Assembly: GCA_019347875.1 (NCBI GenBank)
Contig: JAHWKN010000001.1
Coordinates: 6,801-70,800, forward strand
DNA: 64,000 nucleotides
Source of the DNA: Candidatus Parcubacteria bacterium
Lineage (GTDB): Bacteria; Patescibacteriota; Saccharimonadia; UBA4664; JAHWKN01
Direction of reading: 5' to 3'
Position 1 is the first letter of the stretch. Every line of letters starts with the position of its first letter. Positions 55,273 through 64,000 of the stretch are shown here, piece after piece. The notes below the pieces were generated by a model that worked only from the letters and a program-made list of their open reading frames with translations, made no database searches and was not told the DNA's origin. The translations under genes were made by a program, and so were the position numbers.

Positions 55273-56418
55273 TTAGTAACGCATGACCGCCGCGACGGTA
55301 GAGTCGGTCGGCATGTCGGCTTGGGACAGCGGGAAGGCCTGGCCGCCGCGGCGCAGCGTCTCGCTGATGGCCGCCTCAAGCAGGTCTTCGTAGACGTCGG
55401 CGGTCAGGTGTTCCGGTCCGAGATGCTCACGGAACGCCGCAGCCGGGCGCCCGCCGGTGCCGTAGCTAAACAGCAAACTGTCGACCCGGCCCTCGCGCGC
55501 GGCCTTGAGAGCCTCGGCCACATCCGCCGATACCCTTTTGGGAGCGATGGCCGAAAGCCGGCTAAAGCTGCCTTTGGCTCCCTCGACCGGCTGGTGGGCC
55601 AGCGGTTCGATCAGCGGCCAGGCGCGCTCCTGCAGCTCCTGGTCGGTTAGCTCGTCGGGGCTGCCCTCGATGCCGGCGTCGACTAAGCGGTTGTAGGAGT
55701 TGACACGCCGGTAAAGGCCCGTAGTCGGCTGACTGCCGGCTAGAATTAAAGGGGTTTGGTGGCGCTGCAAGTGGGCCGTCACGGGGCCTTCGACGGCTCT
55801 GACAAACTCCAAGACATCGACATCCGGCTCGCGGGTGTCGTCGCCTTCGCCGTGGTAGGAGCCGGGGGTGCCGGGGGCGCTACTCCTCATCTGTAACAGT
55901 TTTTCGGGCTCCTTGTACCACAGGGCTGCAGCCAAGCTGTCCGGCAGATCTTTCAAGTGCAGCTGCTGGACCGTTTGGCGGTCCGCTGACAGCAGACGGA
56001 CATGCTTTTGGCTGATGGCTAGAATATGGAAGGGCAGGTTGTCGGTCAAGAAGTTCAGCAGCGGGCCGACGTGGAAGCGGCGGTCGACCGCGACGCTTTC
56101 GCTGAACCTGACCGGCAAACGGTAGTACCGGGTGGTTTGAGGGGAGGCAAACAGCGCCAACCCCAGGCTCTGGTGCTTCCAGAAGTCCTCATCGTTCAAA
56201 AAGCTGCGGGCCCAGCGAAGCTTTTGCATGATCTCGGGAGAGCGCCGTTTGAGGGCCGCCAGGCGCTGTTCGGCCGCTTCGAGCAGGTTCTTCAGCCGCA
56301 GAGAGTCCTGACGGGCCTCCCGCCCCGCCCGGCGGTGGGTCGGCATGTACAGCGACAGGCACACCCCGCTGTCGTCCTCCAGCAGCTGCTCTAAATCGGT
56401 TCGGCTAAACAGGTCCAT
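55273..56418 (-). CDS. Bacterial archaeo-eukaryotic release factor (baeRF3/7-like) protein
   Basis: CLSLYMPTHR, LKNLL, GLALFAS, FHVGPLL, PLILAG, AAREGRVDSL, AVMRY; GGAGGG SD before ATG 56418. Confidence 0.82.
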   Translation of the reverse strand: MDLFSRTDLEQLLEDDSGVCLSLYMPTHRRAGREARQDSLRLKNLLEAAEQRLAALKRRSPEIMQKLRWARSFLNDEDFWKHQSLGLALFASPQTTRYYRLPVRFSESVAVDRRFHVGPLLNFLTDNLPFHILAISQKHVRLLSADRQTVQQLHLKDLPDSLAAALWYKEPEKLLQMRSSAPGTPGSYHGEGDDTREPDVDVLEFVRAVEGPVTAHLQRHQTPLILAGSQPTTGLYRRVNSYNRLVDAGIEGSPDELTDQELQERAWPLIEPLAHQPVEGAKGSFSRLSAIAPKRVSADVAEALKAAREGRVDSLLFSYGTGGRPAAAFREHLGPEHLTADVYEDLLEAAISETLRRGGQAFPLSQADMPTDSTVAAVMRY

Positions 56419-56698
56419 GTTGTTCCCTCCGTCACTTAACTTCATCCGCTGCCCGAAACGATAGCTGAATGCAGTGGGTTCAGTATAAGAAAAACGCTGC
56501 CAGCAAGCATATAGCTAATATGCCAATATGGCCGCGCTTGTCCGGCCTGTTTTAGGCCAGAGTTCACCAAATTGGCGGTATCGGACGGACAAAAGAGCTT
56601 GCACAACCCGAAATACTTTAACGCTCACGCTGTCATTATGCCCATAGCTTCGGCGCCGTCGCCGCGGTAGGCTTTAGGATGTTAAAGGGGAGATCGTT

Positions 56699-57082
56699 AT
56701 GCCGCAGAAAAAAGATTTACCCAGTACGCTTGAGCGGTCCGGACAGCAAGCCCAGGAAACCTGGTCCAAGACGCACGACAGCGCCGTCGAAAGTTACGGT
56801 GACGGCGAGCAGGCGCACCGCACCGCCTACGCGTCTTTAAAGCACTCGTTTGAGAAAGTGGACGACCACTGGGAGCCTAAGGATAAGAAGGGCCCGTCCG
56901 ACCCGCGCGCCAAGCAGGGGGCGGAGGCCGCCCGCGAGGGCAAAGCCGAGACGTATGGTGGAGTGGACGCCTACGGCAACAGCAAACAGGAGCTGCTGCA
57001 GCGGGCCAGAAAGCTCGATGTCAAGGGCCGCTCAACCATGAACAAACAGGAGCTGGCTAAAGCTATTAGCAAAAAGCAGTAA
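56699..57082 (+). CDS. ChaB family protein with a Rho-N-like C-terminal domain
   Basis: LPSTLERS..AQETW, AHRTAYASLKHSFEK; KQELLQRARKLDVKGRSTMNKQEL. Confidence 0.85.
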   Translation: MPQKKDLPSTLERSGQQAQETWSKTHDSAVESYGDGEQAHRTAYASLKHSFEKVDDHWEPKDKKGPSDPRAKQGAEAAREGKAETYGGVDAYGNSKQELLQRARKLDVKGRSTMNKQELAKAISKKQ

Positions 57083-57092
57083 GTAAGTTGGT

Positions 57093-57138
57093 TTAAGACC
57101 AGGTCTTAATCCTTAGTGCTTTCAAGACCTGGTCTTAA
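57093..57138. repeat. Inverted doublet of the AAGACCWGGTCTT palindrome, copy B
   Basis: TTAAGACCAGGTCTT ... AAGACCTGGTCTTAA directly before the SD. Confidence 0.8.
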
Positions 57139-57150
57139 GGGGAGGGGTTG

Positions 57151-57783
57151 ATGCGCTTTAAAGACCGGGCCGAGGCCGGGCGCCAGCTGGCTGCGGCGCT
57201 GGAGCGGTACCGGGACAGCGACGCGGTGGTGTACGCCCTGCCCCGCGGTGGGGTGGTGTTGGGCGCCGAGATCGCCCGCCGCCTGAACGCACCGCTCGCT
57301 CTGGTAATCGCGCGCAAAATCGGCCACCCGCTTAGTCCTGAGTTCGCCATCGGGGCGGTCACCGAGAACGGAGAGCCGGTTCTGAACCAGGCCGAAACCG
57401 CCGCGTTGGATCTCCGCTGGCTGGAGGCTGCGGTTAAGCGGGAGCGGGCGGAAGCCCGCCGGCGCCACGCAAAGTATTTGGCCGGCCGCCGGCGGCTGCC
57501 GGCGGAGGGCAGGGTAGCCATCGTCGTCGACGACGGTATCGCTACCGGGCTGACTATGCTGGCGGCTATCAAAGAGGTCAAGCGGCTGGGGCCGCGCCAA
57601 ACCGTCGTAGCGGTGCCGGTGGTGCCGAAGGATACCGTCCGTTGGCTGGAGGCTGAGGCCGGTGAGCTGGCGGCGCTGGAGGTGCCGGAGCGGTACTTGG
57701 GCGCGGTGGGTGCCTACTACGACGACTTCGAGCAGGTCGAAGACGAGGAGGTTATAACACTGATGAACCAGGCGGCGGCGTAA
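57151..57783 (+). CDS. Phosphoribosyltransferase-family protein
   Basis: FKDRAEAGRQLA, LPRGGV, RKIGHP..PEFAIGA, VVDDGIATG. Confidence 0.9.
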   Translation: MRFKDRAEAGRQLAAALERYRDSDAVVYALPRGGVVLGAEIARRLNAPLALVIARKIGHPLSPEFAIGAVTENGEPVLNQAETAALDLRWLEAAVKRERAEARRRHAKYLAGRRRLPAEGRVAIVVDDGIATGLTMLAAIKEVKRLGPRQTVVAVPVVPKDTVRWLEAEAGELAALEVPERYLGAVGAYYDDFEQVEDEEVITLMNQAAA

Positions 57784-57804
57784 GGCGGCCCTGGCAAGGA
57801 GGAC

Positions 57805-58386
57805 GTGATGGATCAGATTAAGATGTTGGGAATGGCGGGAAGTTTACGGTCCGGTTCTTACAACCGGGCGGCGCTTGAGGCCGCCGCCGAACTGGTACCT
57901 GACAATACTACCCTGGAAATATTTGATCTGTCGGACATACCGCTGTTTAATCAGGACCGGGAGTCAAACCCGCCGGAGCCGGTACGGCGGCTGAAGCAGC
58001 GCATCGAGGCCAGCGACGCCATCGTTATATCCACGCCCGAGTACAACTACTCGGTTCCGGGCGTACTTAAAAACGCCATCGACTGGGCCTCGCGGCCGTA
58101 TGGCCAGAGCTCCTGGGATGGCAAGCCGGCGGCCATCATGGGCGCCTCACCCGGCAGAATGGGAACAGCCCGCGCGCAGTACCATCTGCGGCAGATGTTT
58201 GTGTTCTTGAATGTGCATGCGCTCAACCGGCCGGAGGTGATGATCTCTGATGCCGCCGCCAAGTTTGACGCCCAGGGCAACTTGATCGATGCGGATACCA
58301 GAAAGCGGATTGTCCGGCTGCTTGAGGCGCTGAGCGAGTGGACGGTTCGGTTGCGAGTGGGGGCAAGAGACGGCGTGCTGGTGTAG
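57805..58386 (+). CDS. NADPH-dependent FMN reductase (ChrR-like)
   Basis: GSLRSGSYN, TPEYNYSVPGVLKNAIDWASR, GTARAQYHLRQ. Confidence 0.93.
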   Translation: MMDQIKMLGMAGSLRSGSYNRAALEAAAELVPDNTTLEIFDLSDIPLFNQDRESNPPEPVRRLKQRIEASDAIVISTPEYNYSVPGVLKNAIDWASRPYGQSSWDGKPAAIMGASPGRMGTARAQYHLRQMFVFLNVHALNRPEVMISDAAAKFDAQGNLIDADTRKRIVRLLEALSEWTVRLRVGARDGVLV

Positions 58387-58414
58387 TAATCCGGGACCGC
58401 TGTGGCCCGAGAGA

Positions 58415-58855
58415 TTATTTTGGCACAATCGATATGCCGCCGCTTTTTTCCAGGACGGCGTACTTGATCTGATCCAGGCGCTCCAGCCCCTGCGAGCTGC
58501 GGGCCGCCTGCAGTATGTCGCCCTCGTCAATCCTTTCCTTGTTCAGGCGGTCCATCAGCGGCTGCCCGTTTTCAAGTACGATTAAGGGCGTGCCGTCCAG
58601 CCACTTCTCAACTCGCTGGGAGCGCCGCTTTAGCAGCGAGGTACCGATATCGATCGCCACCAGCGTCGTAATAATGACGGCTGCGTTAATGATCGAAAAA
58701 TCGTCACCTAGTAACGCCTGCTGCGTGGACTCACCAATTACTAACAGCAAAATAAAGTCGAAGGTAGTCATTTCCGATAGCGTGCGCTTGCCCGCGAAGC
58801 GAAATATCACCAACAAAAAAACGTAAATAGCGGCGGCTCGTAGTACGGAGTCCAT
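58415..58855 (-). CDS. DUF421/YetF family membrane protein
   Basis: [27 protein letters not shown]. Confidence 0.88.
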   Translation of the reverse strand: MDSVLRAAAIYVFLLVIFRFAGKRTLSEMTTFDFILLLVIGESTQQALLGDDFSIINAAVIITTLVAIDIGTSLLKRRSQRVEKWLDGTPLIVLENGQPLMDRLNKERIDEGDILQAARSSQGLERLDQIKYAVLEKSGGISIVPK

Positions 58856-59352
58856 TACGGGTAAACCACCTGTTTAAAATCTAAATGTTTGTCGCCGTGA
58901 GCGATACCGCCGTTGACTGTGCCGACGGCTTCGGGCTGTATATCAAGCTTCACGCTTAAAGGGCTGCTCTCGTCGGCTGGGAACTTAAACTCCAGCTGGT
59001 CTCTAACGGCCGTCACGCTGTCGGGTTCAGGTGTGATGGCTTGAATCTGCAGCTGGCTGAGGTAGTCCCGGTCCAACCGAAAGGTGAAGCCGTCGCCGGC
59101 GGCTCGATTGATGCGCACCGTCAGCTGAGAAGGGGCCAGTTGCCGCATAAACGGCTGATACTCCAGCTCTACGCCCTCGGCCCGCGCTGTCGCTTGGTTT
59201 AGCCGCCCGCCGGCCCCGCTAAGACCGAGCAGGGCCGCGCCTATTAGCAGTACCATCAGCAGCCAACCCGCCCGTTCAATCTTCCAAAACAGCCGCTGGT
59301 GCGCCAGGTCTTGCTCTACTTGTATCGATTTAACTTGCGGTACCGGCCCCAT
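58855..59352 (-). CDS. Hypothetical membrane protein (DUF421 partner)
   Basis: [13 protein letters not shown] followed by a TM; ITPEP; translationally coupled to the DUF421 gene; start revised to ATG 59352 (GAGG SD). Confidence 0.7.
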   Translation of the reverse strand: MGPVPQVKSIQVEQDLAHQRLFWKIERAGWLLMVLLIGAALLGLSGAGGRLNQATARAEGVELEYQPFMRQLAPSQLTVRINRAAGDGFTFRLDRDYLSQLQIQAITPEPDSVTAVRDQLEFKFPADESSPLSVKLDIQPEAVGTVNGGIAHGDKHLDFKQVVYP

Positions 59353-59614
59353 GAAGCACCTCGTTATTGCTTGCTGCCCTAGGATAGATCTAATTCCCGT
59401 CCGCTCCATTGGAAATAATGACAATTTACGAGTGGCCAAGCCAAGGGCTTTCTATTGGAGTAGCCAACAGCGAAAGTTAAGCCGGGACTGTGAAACGAAG
59501 GCGAAACCATGCCGGGCTTTAGGGGGTAGCTACAAGCATGAGCGTTATGGCTTGCGCAAGCCAATAACTTCTGTTACCATAAGCAATCATTAACGCTGGG
59601 CGGCAGGGGGCCGA

Positions 59615-60160
59615 TTGCAGCGGTTTATTTATTATCACCCCGATTTATACGCGCAGGCTTTAAAGTTGTGCCTGTTTTTAACCCTGGCCAGCGGGCTTTC
59701 TAGTCTGAGCTATCGGTTGGCGCTCGCCGGCGGTTTGCCTTCCAGGCCGATTACCCGTTCCGTTGAACGTTCGGTAGAGTCGCCGGTCCCAGCCGTAGCG
59801 CCGGCGGCTGTCGTTACTCCGCCAGCCCCTATTGTCCCTCCTGTTTCGGTGCAGCCAGCCTCTGTGGCGACAGTTCCGGCGACCAATCCAAAGGCGGTGG
59901 CGCGGCGCCTGAGCGCTGCCCGCTTTGGCGATGCCCACTGGCCGGCGCTGGAGGCGTTGTGGGCCAGGGAGTCGGGCTGGAACCCGGCCGCCCGTAACCG
60001 TTCCAGTGGTGCTTGCGGCATCCCCCAGGCATTGCCCTGCCGCAAGATTCCCGACATGAGCCCGCGCGGCCAGATCGAGTGGGGGCTTAGCTACATCGCC
60101 AACCGCTACGGTAACCCCACCAACGCCTGGCGGCACTGGCAAAAGCACCGCTGGTACTAG
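59615..60160 (+). CDS. Lytic transglycosylase (SLT / aggregation-promoting-factor-like C-terminal domain)
   Basis: LWARESGWNPAA.N.SSGACGIPQALP, QIEWGLSYIANRYG, HRWY end. Confidence 0.88.
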   Translation: MQRFIYYHPDLYAQALKLCLFLTLASGLSSLSYRLALAGGLPSRPITRSVERSVESPVPAVAPAAVVTPPAPIVPPVSVQPASVATVPATNPKAVARRLSAARFGDAHWPALEALWARESGWNPAARNRSSGACGIPQALPCRKIPDMSPRGQIEWGLSYIANRYGNPTNAWRHWQKHRWY

Positions 60161-60180
60161 ACGGTTGAGGGTGCCGGAAT

Positions 60181-61116
60181 CTAGCCGGTGTCACTGTCGC
60201 CGAACTTGTTGTAAGGCGTGTGCCAGAGGCTGCGGCTGTCGGTACGGATGCTCAAGCGGTCTGGGATACCCGGCTTAACGGTTCCGGCGCTGGGGGCCGG
60301 CTGCAGTACCTCCAGGAAGTCGGTTAACACGCCGGCAACGTAGTTTTGCTGCAGAGCCAGCCGGGTGGTTTCGTCGTTGATGCCCCAGCTGTAGGATTTG
60401 GTGCCCCCCGCCCGCAGCTGTCGAGGCAGGCCGCCAGCGGCCCGGACGGGCGGCATGGCCACCGCGGGAGCCCGGTAGCGGGCCGCCAAACTCAACAGCT
60501 CTTGATCGGTGGGGACCGTTTCGCCGATCAGCCAAAACACCTCTTGGTAGCCGAGCGCTTTGGCCGCCCGGTAATGCTCGGGGCTGGCCACGTAGGGGAT
60601 GAACCGGGGCACCAGCGCGGGGTAGCGCGCGCGGATGGTGCTGAGCATGCCGATGTGATCAATTTTGGTATCAAGCAACAAGTAGCTGTCGGGATGAGAG
60701 TGTGCCCAAGCGGCCAACCCCTCAATTGTCAGCTGGGTGTAGTTGTTAACGGCGGGAAGAGTTTTAAACTCGGTCAGGCTGCGCACTCCAGGGGGCGCGC
60801 CGAACAGATTAACGAACGCGTTCTCCCAGTCGTGCAGCAGGACGATGGCGCCGTCGCTGGTTAAGTGCAGATCCACCTCCAGCCAGCGGTAGCCCTTGTC
60901 GTAGTTATGCTCAAGCGCCTCCAACGAGTTGGTGTAGATTTGGCCGTCGATGCCGCCGGCGGCGTGGGCGATCTCGCGTGGCAGATTGATCCCGGGGGGC
61001 TTGGGCGCCGGCGGTTTGCCTGGTCCGGAGGCTAAACTGGCGGCGGGCGGCAGCACCACCCCGGCGCCAAACACCACCGCCAGCAGGTAGCTAAGTTTTC
61101 TGACGTTACGCCCCAA
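60181..61116 (-). CDS. Secreted glycerophosphodiester phosphodiesterase-family protein
   Basis: IAHAAG, YTNSLEAL, EVDLHLTSDG.IVLLHDW, LDTK, GVLTD. Confidence 0.82.
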   Translation of the reverse strand: MGRNVRKLSYLLAVVFGAGVVLPPAASLASGPGKPPAPKPPGINLPREIAHAAGGIDGQIYTNSLEALEHNYDKGYRWLEVDLHLTSDGAIVLLHDWENAFVNLFGAPPGVRSLTEFKTLPAVNNYTQLTIEGLAAWAHSHPDSYLLLDTKIDHIGMLSTIRARYPALVPRFIPYVASPEHYRAAKALGYQEVFWLIGETVPTDQELLSLAARYRAPAVAMPPVRAAGGLPRQLRAGGTKSYSWGINDETTRLALQQNYVAGVLTDFLEVLQPAPSAGTVKPGIPDRLSIRTDSRSLWHTPYNKFGDSDTG

Positions 61117-61262
61117 CTCGTAGCCGGATACTCATTTTACCCCCCCATGGCGCTCACCGCCCGCCCCGCCCTGTCCTCGGTTGAGCGGCTCGGGCTGACA
61201 TCGGCCAATGAACTTATGTTATATTGAGTATTGTATCTTATAACGGGGGTAACGGGGATAGT

Positions 61263-63248
61263 ATGCTGGCTCGGATCGGCGCCTTTTTCCAGCAACAACT
61301 AATAGCTACGGCCGGGCTGGCGCCGACCCGGGTCAGGCGGTTTTTGCCGTCCTGGCCCATTAGTCGGTTTTGGCTGCAGCGGTCGCTTTTGCCGATGACG
61401 TTGGTGGCGCTGTTTGTGCTGACCAACCATGTTTATAACTACTGGTCGGATCTGACCCTGTTTTACCTGGTCCGGCGGACCGTTGTGACGGTCGGCTTGG
61501 GTGTGGCGCTGTTTGGGCCGGCCGTTTTGCTGCGGCGCCGCGGTCAGCTGGTTTACCTGGCAATCGTCAGCCTGGCGGTGTCACTGGTGATGGCCAGCCA
61601 CTTCGTTTACTCCAGCTACGCCGACGGCTATCTGTCGGTGTCGGCTCTCAAGTACGCCTGGCAACTTAGTGACGTCAGCTCCAGCGTGCGCTCGCTGATC
61701 GGCGCCGAACTGCCGCTGTTTTTTATGGGGCTGCCGGTTATCGGCCTGGCCGCCTGGCTGCTGCCGAAATCACCGGAGCGTCGGCTGTCCCGGCACGAGC
61801 GGCTGGCGGTGATTGGCTTGATCATGCTAACGGCCATAGGCGGTTACGGCTACATATTTGTTAAAGAAGCCAAAGAGCAGGGCACCGTGTCGCGGCTGAT
61901 CAAGCACCCCTACAACAGCGACGACCTGGTGCGTAAGGTGGGGATCGTCAACTACAGCTTTTACGACGTCGGCCGCTACTTGACGCGTAAGAAAAGTTTG
62001 TCGGCCGGTGAGGTCGAGTTGGTCAACCAGGTGAAGACGCAGCATCAGTTCCAGCCGGCCGGGAACCTGTCGTACGGTCTGCTGGCGGGCAAGAACATCA
62101 TGTACGTGCAGCTGGAGTCGTTCCAGCAGTGGCTGGTGGGCAAAAAGGTTAACGGCCAAGAGGTCGCACCTAATCTAAACAAGTTTGCCGCCGGCAGCTT
62201 GCAGTTTACCAACTTTCACTATCAGATCGGCCCGGGTACCTCGTCGGATGCCGAGTTTACGGCGCTGAACTCTTTGTTCCATTTAGGGGACGGGGCGACC
62301 TTGTTCGAATACCCCAACAACCGCTACCGGGCGCTGCCCGAGCGCTTACGCGAGCGCGGCTACCAGACGGTGGCGCTGCACGGCGACAGCCGCAACTTCT
62401 GGAACCGCGGCAACGCCTACCCTAGCTTGGGATACGAGCGTTACGACACGGTCGAGGATTACCAGCAGGGGGCGGACCAGGTAGCCTGGGGGATAGCCGA
62501 TCCGGACTTTTTCGAGCAGTCGTACGACAAGATTACGGCGCTGAAACAGCCTTTTTGGGCGCACGTTATCAGCTTAAGCTCGCATGGCCCCTTCCATCTG
62601 CCAGGGGAGCTGCAGCGGCTCGATCTTGAAGGCCTGGAGCTAAGCACCCTACAGAAGGACTATCTCCAGTCGGTTAACTATGCCGACCGGGCCTTTGGGG
62701 AGTTTATGGAGCGGTTCGAAGCGTCGTCGTTGGCGGCTAACACGGCCGTGGCGGTCACCGGCGACCACGAAGCCTTCATTGCCGTCCAAACCGACGCCAC
62801 CTATGCCCGCTTCTTAGGCTACGAGGACGGTTTTAACGATCTGACGTTTCTGCAGAGTAAAAGCGTGCCGTTTATGATAAAAGTGCCCGATAACAGCTTG
62901 ACCGGGACTATTGCAGACCCGGCCAGCCACCTGGACGTCTATCCGACCATCGCCAACCTGGCCGGGTTGCCTCCCTCAAGAAGCTGGCTAGGCAGTGACT
63001 TGCTGAACAACCCCGAGCCCTTGGTGGCCAGGCGCAAGCGTTCGGTGACGCCCGAGATCGAGATGGCTATGGATAAAGATTTGACCTACGCTGGGTTTAC
63101 CAGCAGTAACTTTCAAGACGGTAAGTGCTACCGTCAGACCCGCCAAGTCGTCATCGGGGAGTGCCGCCAGCTGTTTGACCATCAGCTGGAAAAGATCAAA
63201 CTGTCGGACTTAATCGTTAAAGGTAACCGGCTGGATTTGCTGGAGTAA
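61263..63248 (+). CDS. LTA synthase (LtaS)-family membrane sulfatase
   Basis: 5 TM; NIMYVQLESFQ, PNLN, GTSSDAEF, FWNR, SSHGPF, YADRA.G.F, GDH. Confidence 0.88.
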   Translation: MLARIGAFFQQQLIATAGLAPTRVRRFLPSWPISRFWLQRSLLPMTLVALFVLTNHVYNYWSDLTLFYLVRRTVVTVGLGVALFGPAVLLRRRGQLVYLAIVSLAVSLVMASHFVYSSYADGYLSVSALKYAWQLSDVSSSVRSLIGAELPLFFMGLPVIGLAAWLLPKSPERRLSRHERLAVIGLIMLTAIGGYGYIFVKEAKEQGTVSRLIKHPYNSDDLVRKVGIVNYSFYDVGRYLTRKKSLSAGEVELVNQVKTQHQFQPAGNLSYGLLAGKNIMYVQLESFQQWLVGKKVNGQEVAPNLNKFAAGSLQFTNFHYQIGPGTSSDAEFTALNSLFHLGDGATLFEYPNNRYRALPERLRERGYQTVALHGDSRNFWNRGNAYPSLGYERYDTVEDYQQGADQVAWGIADPDFFEQSYDKITALKQPFWAHVISLSSHGPFHLPGELQRLDLEGLELSTLQKDYLQSVNYADRAFGEFMERFEASSLAANTAVAVTGDHEAFIAVQTDATYARFLGYEDGFNDLTFLQSKSVPFMIKVPDNSLTGTIADPASHLDVYPTIANLAGLPPSRSWLGSDLLNNPEPLVARRKRSVTPEIEMAMDKDLTYAGFTSSNFQDGKCYRQTRQVVIGECRQLFDHQLEKIKLSDLIVKGNRLDLLE

Positions 63249-63340
63249 AAGGAATCGCTCTATTAAATTGGGTTCCATCATGGCAGCTGACATGGGCCTA
63301 CCGACAGCCTTTTTTCGTAGAGAGGGGTAGTCCTATGTAA

Positions 63341-63399
63341 AAATAGGTCGATTTTCGACCTATTTAAAACGCTTAATTTAGGTCGAAAATCGACCTATT
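63341..63399. repeat. Inverted doublet of the TAGGTCGAWWWTCGACCTA palindrome (REPIN-like or operator)
   Basis: AAATAGGTCGATTTTCGACCTATTT (63341-63365) and TAGGTCGAAAATCGACCTATT (63379-63399). Confidence 0.8.
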
Positions 63400-63494
63400 A
63401 CGGAAATATATAACGCCCCTAGGGGAACATATCCCGCCCCTGCTTAAAAGAAAGTCTTGCATACTATATGCAAACATGCGAATATAAAGTTACT

Positions 63495-63998
63495 ATGTAT
63501 CAAAAGCTGTTCTCATTACAGGAAGAAACACTCAAAGTTATCGCCAACCAGAAGCGGCTGGAGATTATTCAGCTGCTCAACAACCGCGAGCTGACGGTTA
63601 GCGAGATGATGGAGATGCTGGGGTTGCCCCAGGCCAACCTGTCGCAGCATCTAGCGCTGTTGCGTATGGCTAAGATCGTGGCCACCCGCAAGCAGGGCAC
63701 CAGTGTGCACTACCGCTTAACCGATCCGGAGATCGCCGCCGCCTGCGGTCTGGTGCGGGAGTTTTTGAAGCGGCAGCACCGCTTTGATCCGGACATGAGA
63801 GAGCTCTTAGAGATGGATCACGACATGTACCCGGTGGTAAAGGACGTAGTTTGCGGTATGCGCATTAGTGCGTCGGAGGCGGCCGGCAGCGCCATCCAGG
63901 GCGGCCGGACCTACTACTTTTGCGCTTCGGGTTGCGCAGAGCGGTTTTTGGCCCGGCCAGAGCGCTACGAAAAATCCCAGGAGCTGGTCGATGGATAA
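63495..63998 (+). CDS. ArsR/SmtB regulator fused to a YHS (metal-binding) domain
   Basis: KRLEII.LL, LTVSEM, QANLSQHLA.LR (HTH); KDVVCGM...YYFCASGC..RF (YHS); the next gene may start at ATG 63991. Confidence 0.88.
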   Translation: MYQKLFSLQEETLKVIANQKRLEIIQLLNNRELTVSEMMEMLGLPQANLSQHLALLRMAKIVATRKQGTSVHYRLTDPEIAAACGLVREFLKRQHRFDPDMRELLEMDHDMYPVVKDVVCGMRISASEAAGSAIQGGRTYYFCASGCAERFLARPERYEKSQELVDG

Positions 63999-64000
63999 AA

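Noticed and set aside
59425-59580. Calling the leader a c-di-GMP-I or c-di-AMP riboswitch, or SRP RNA
   Set aside because: There is only a partial GGCGAAACC resemblance and the other consensus elements were not found; it is kept as an unnamed candidate.

Overview
This window is the replication-origin region of a GC-rich bacterium. Gene content and style (many leaderless starts, NBR1-Ig-tailed surface proteins, a CCTGCCTGCCGGCAGGCAGG palindrome) suggest Patescibacteria/CPR, probably Saccharibacteria-like; this taxonomy is an inference. The order is: recF-dnaN-[oriC]-dnaA / rpmH-rnpA-yidC-jag; a ~13 kb surface-glycan locus (GT4/GT2/GT-C, O-antigen ligase, Wzx, gmd, rmd, ColD-like dehydratase, fcl/colC); an operon of secreted hydrolases (amidase, S8 protease, lysozyme-like protein) sharing NBR1-Ig-like repeats, two of which carry an apparently identical 801-bp segment; galE/manC; vanW; lexA; cfa; tRNA-Asn(GTT). 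The most striking structure follows the tRNA. It is an AT-richer ~4.9 kb array of 8 small cassettes, most with a single gene, each closed by a degenerate copy of the tRNA 3' end. Many of these copies read 'WLPxxDxFRT'-like on the reverse strand, several cassettes open with a shared leader, terminator and promoter, and no integrase is present in the window. Downstream lie malic enzyme, pyrF, a GNAT-lipase fusion, a two-subunit ATP-citrate lyase, a sulfatase/YLDPGSGS/methyltransferase trio, a stress-gene cluster, an SLT protein, GDPD, an LtaS-like protein and an ArsR-YHS regulator. All calls come from motif recognition by eye; no searches were run.
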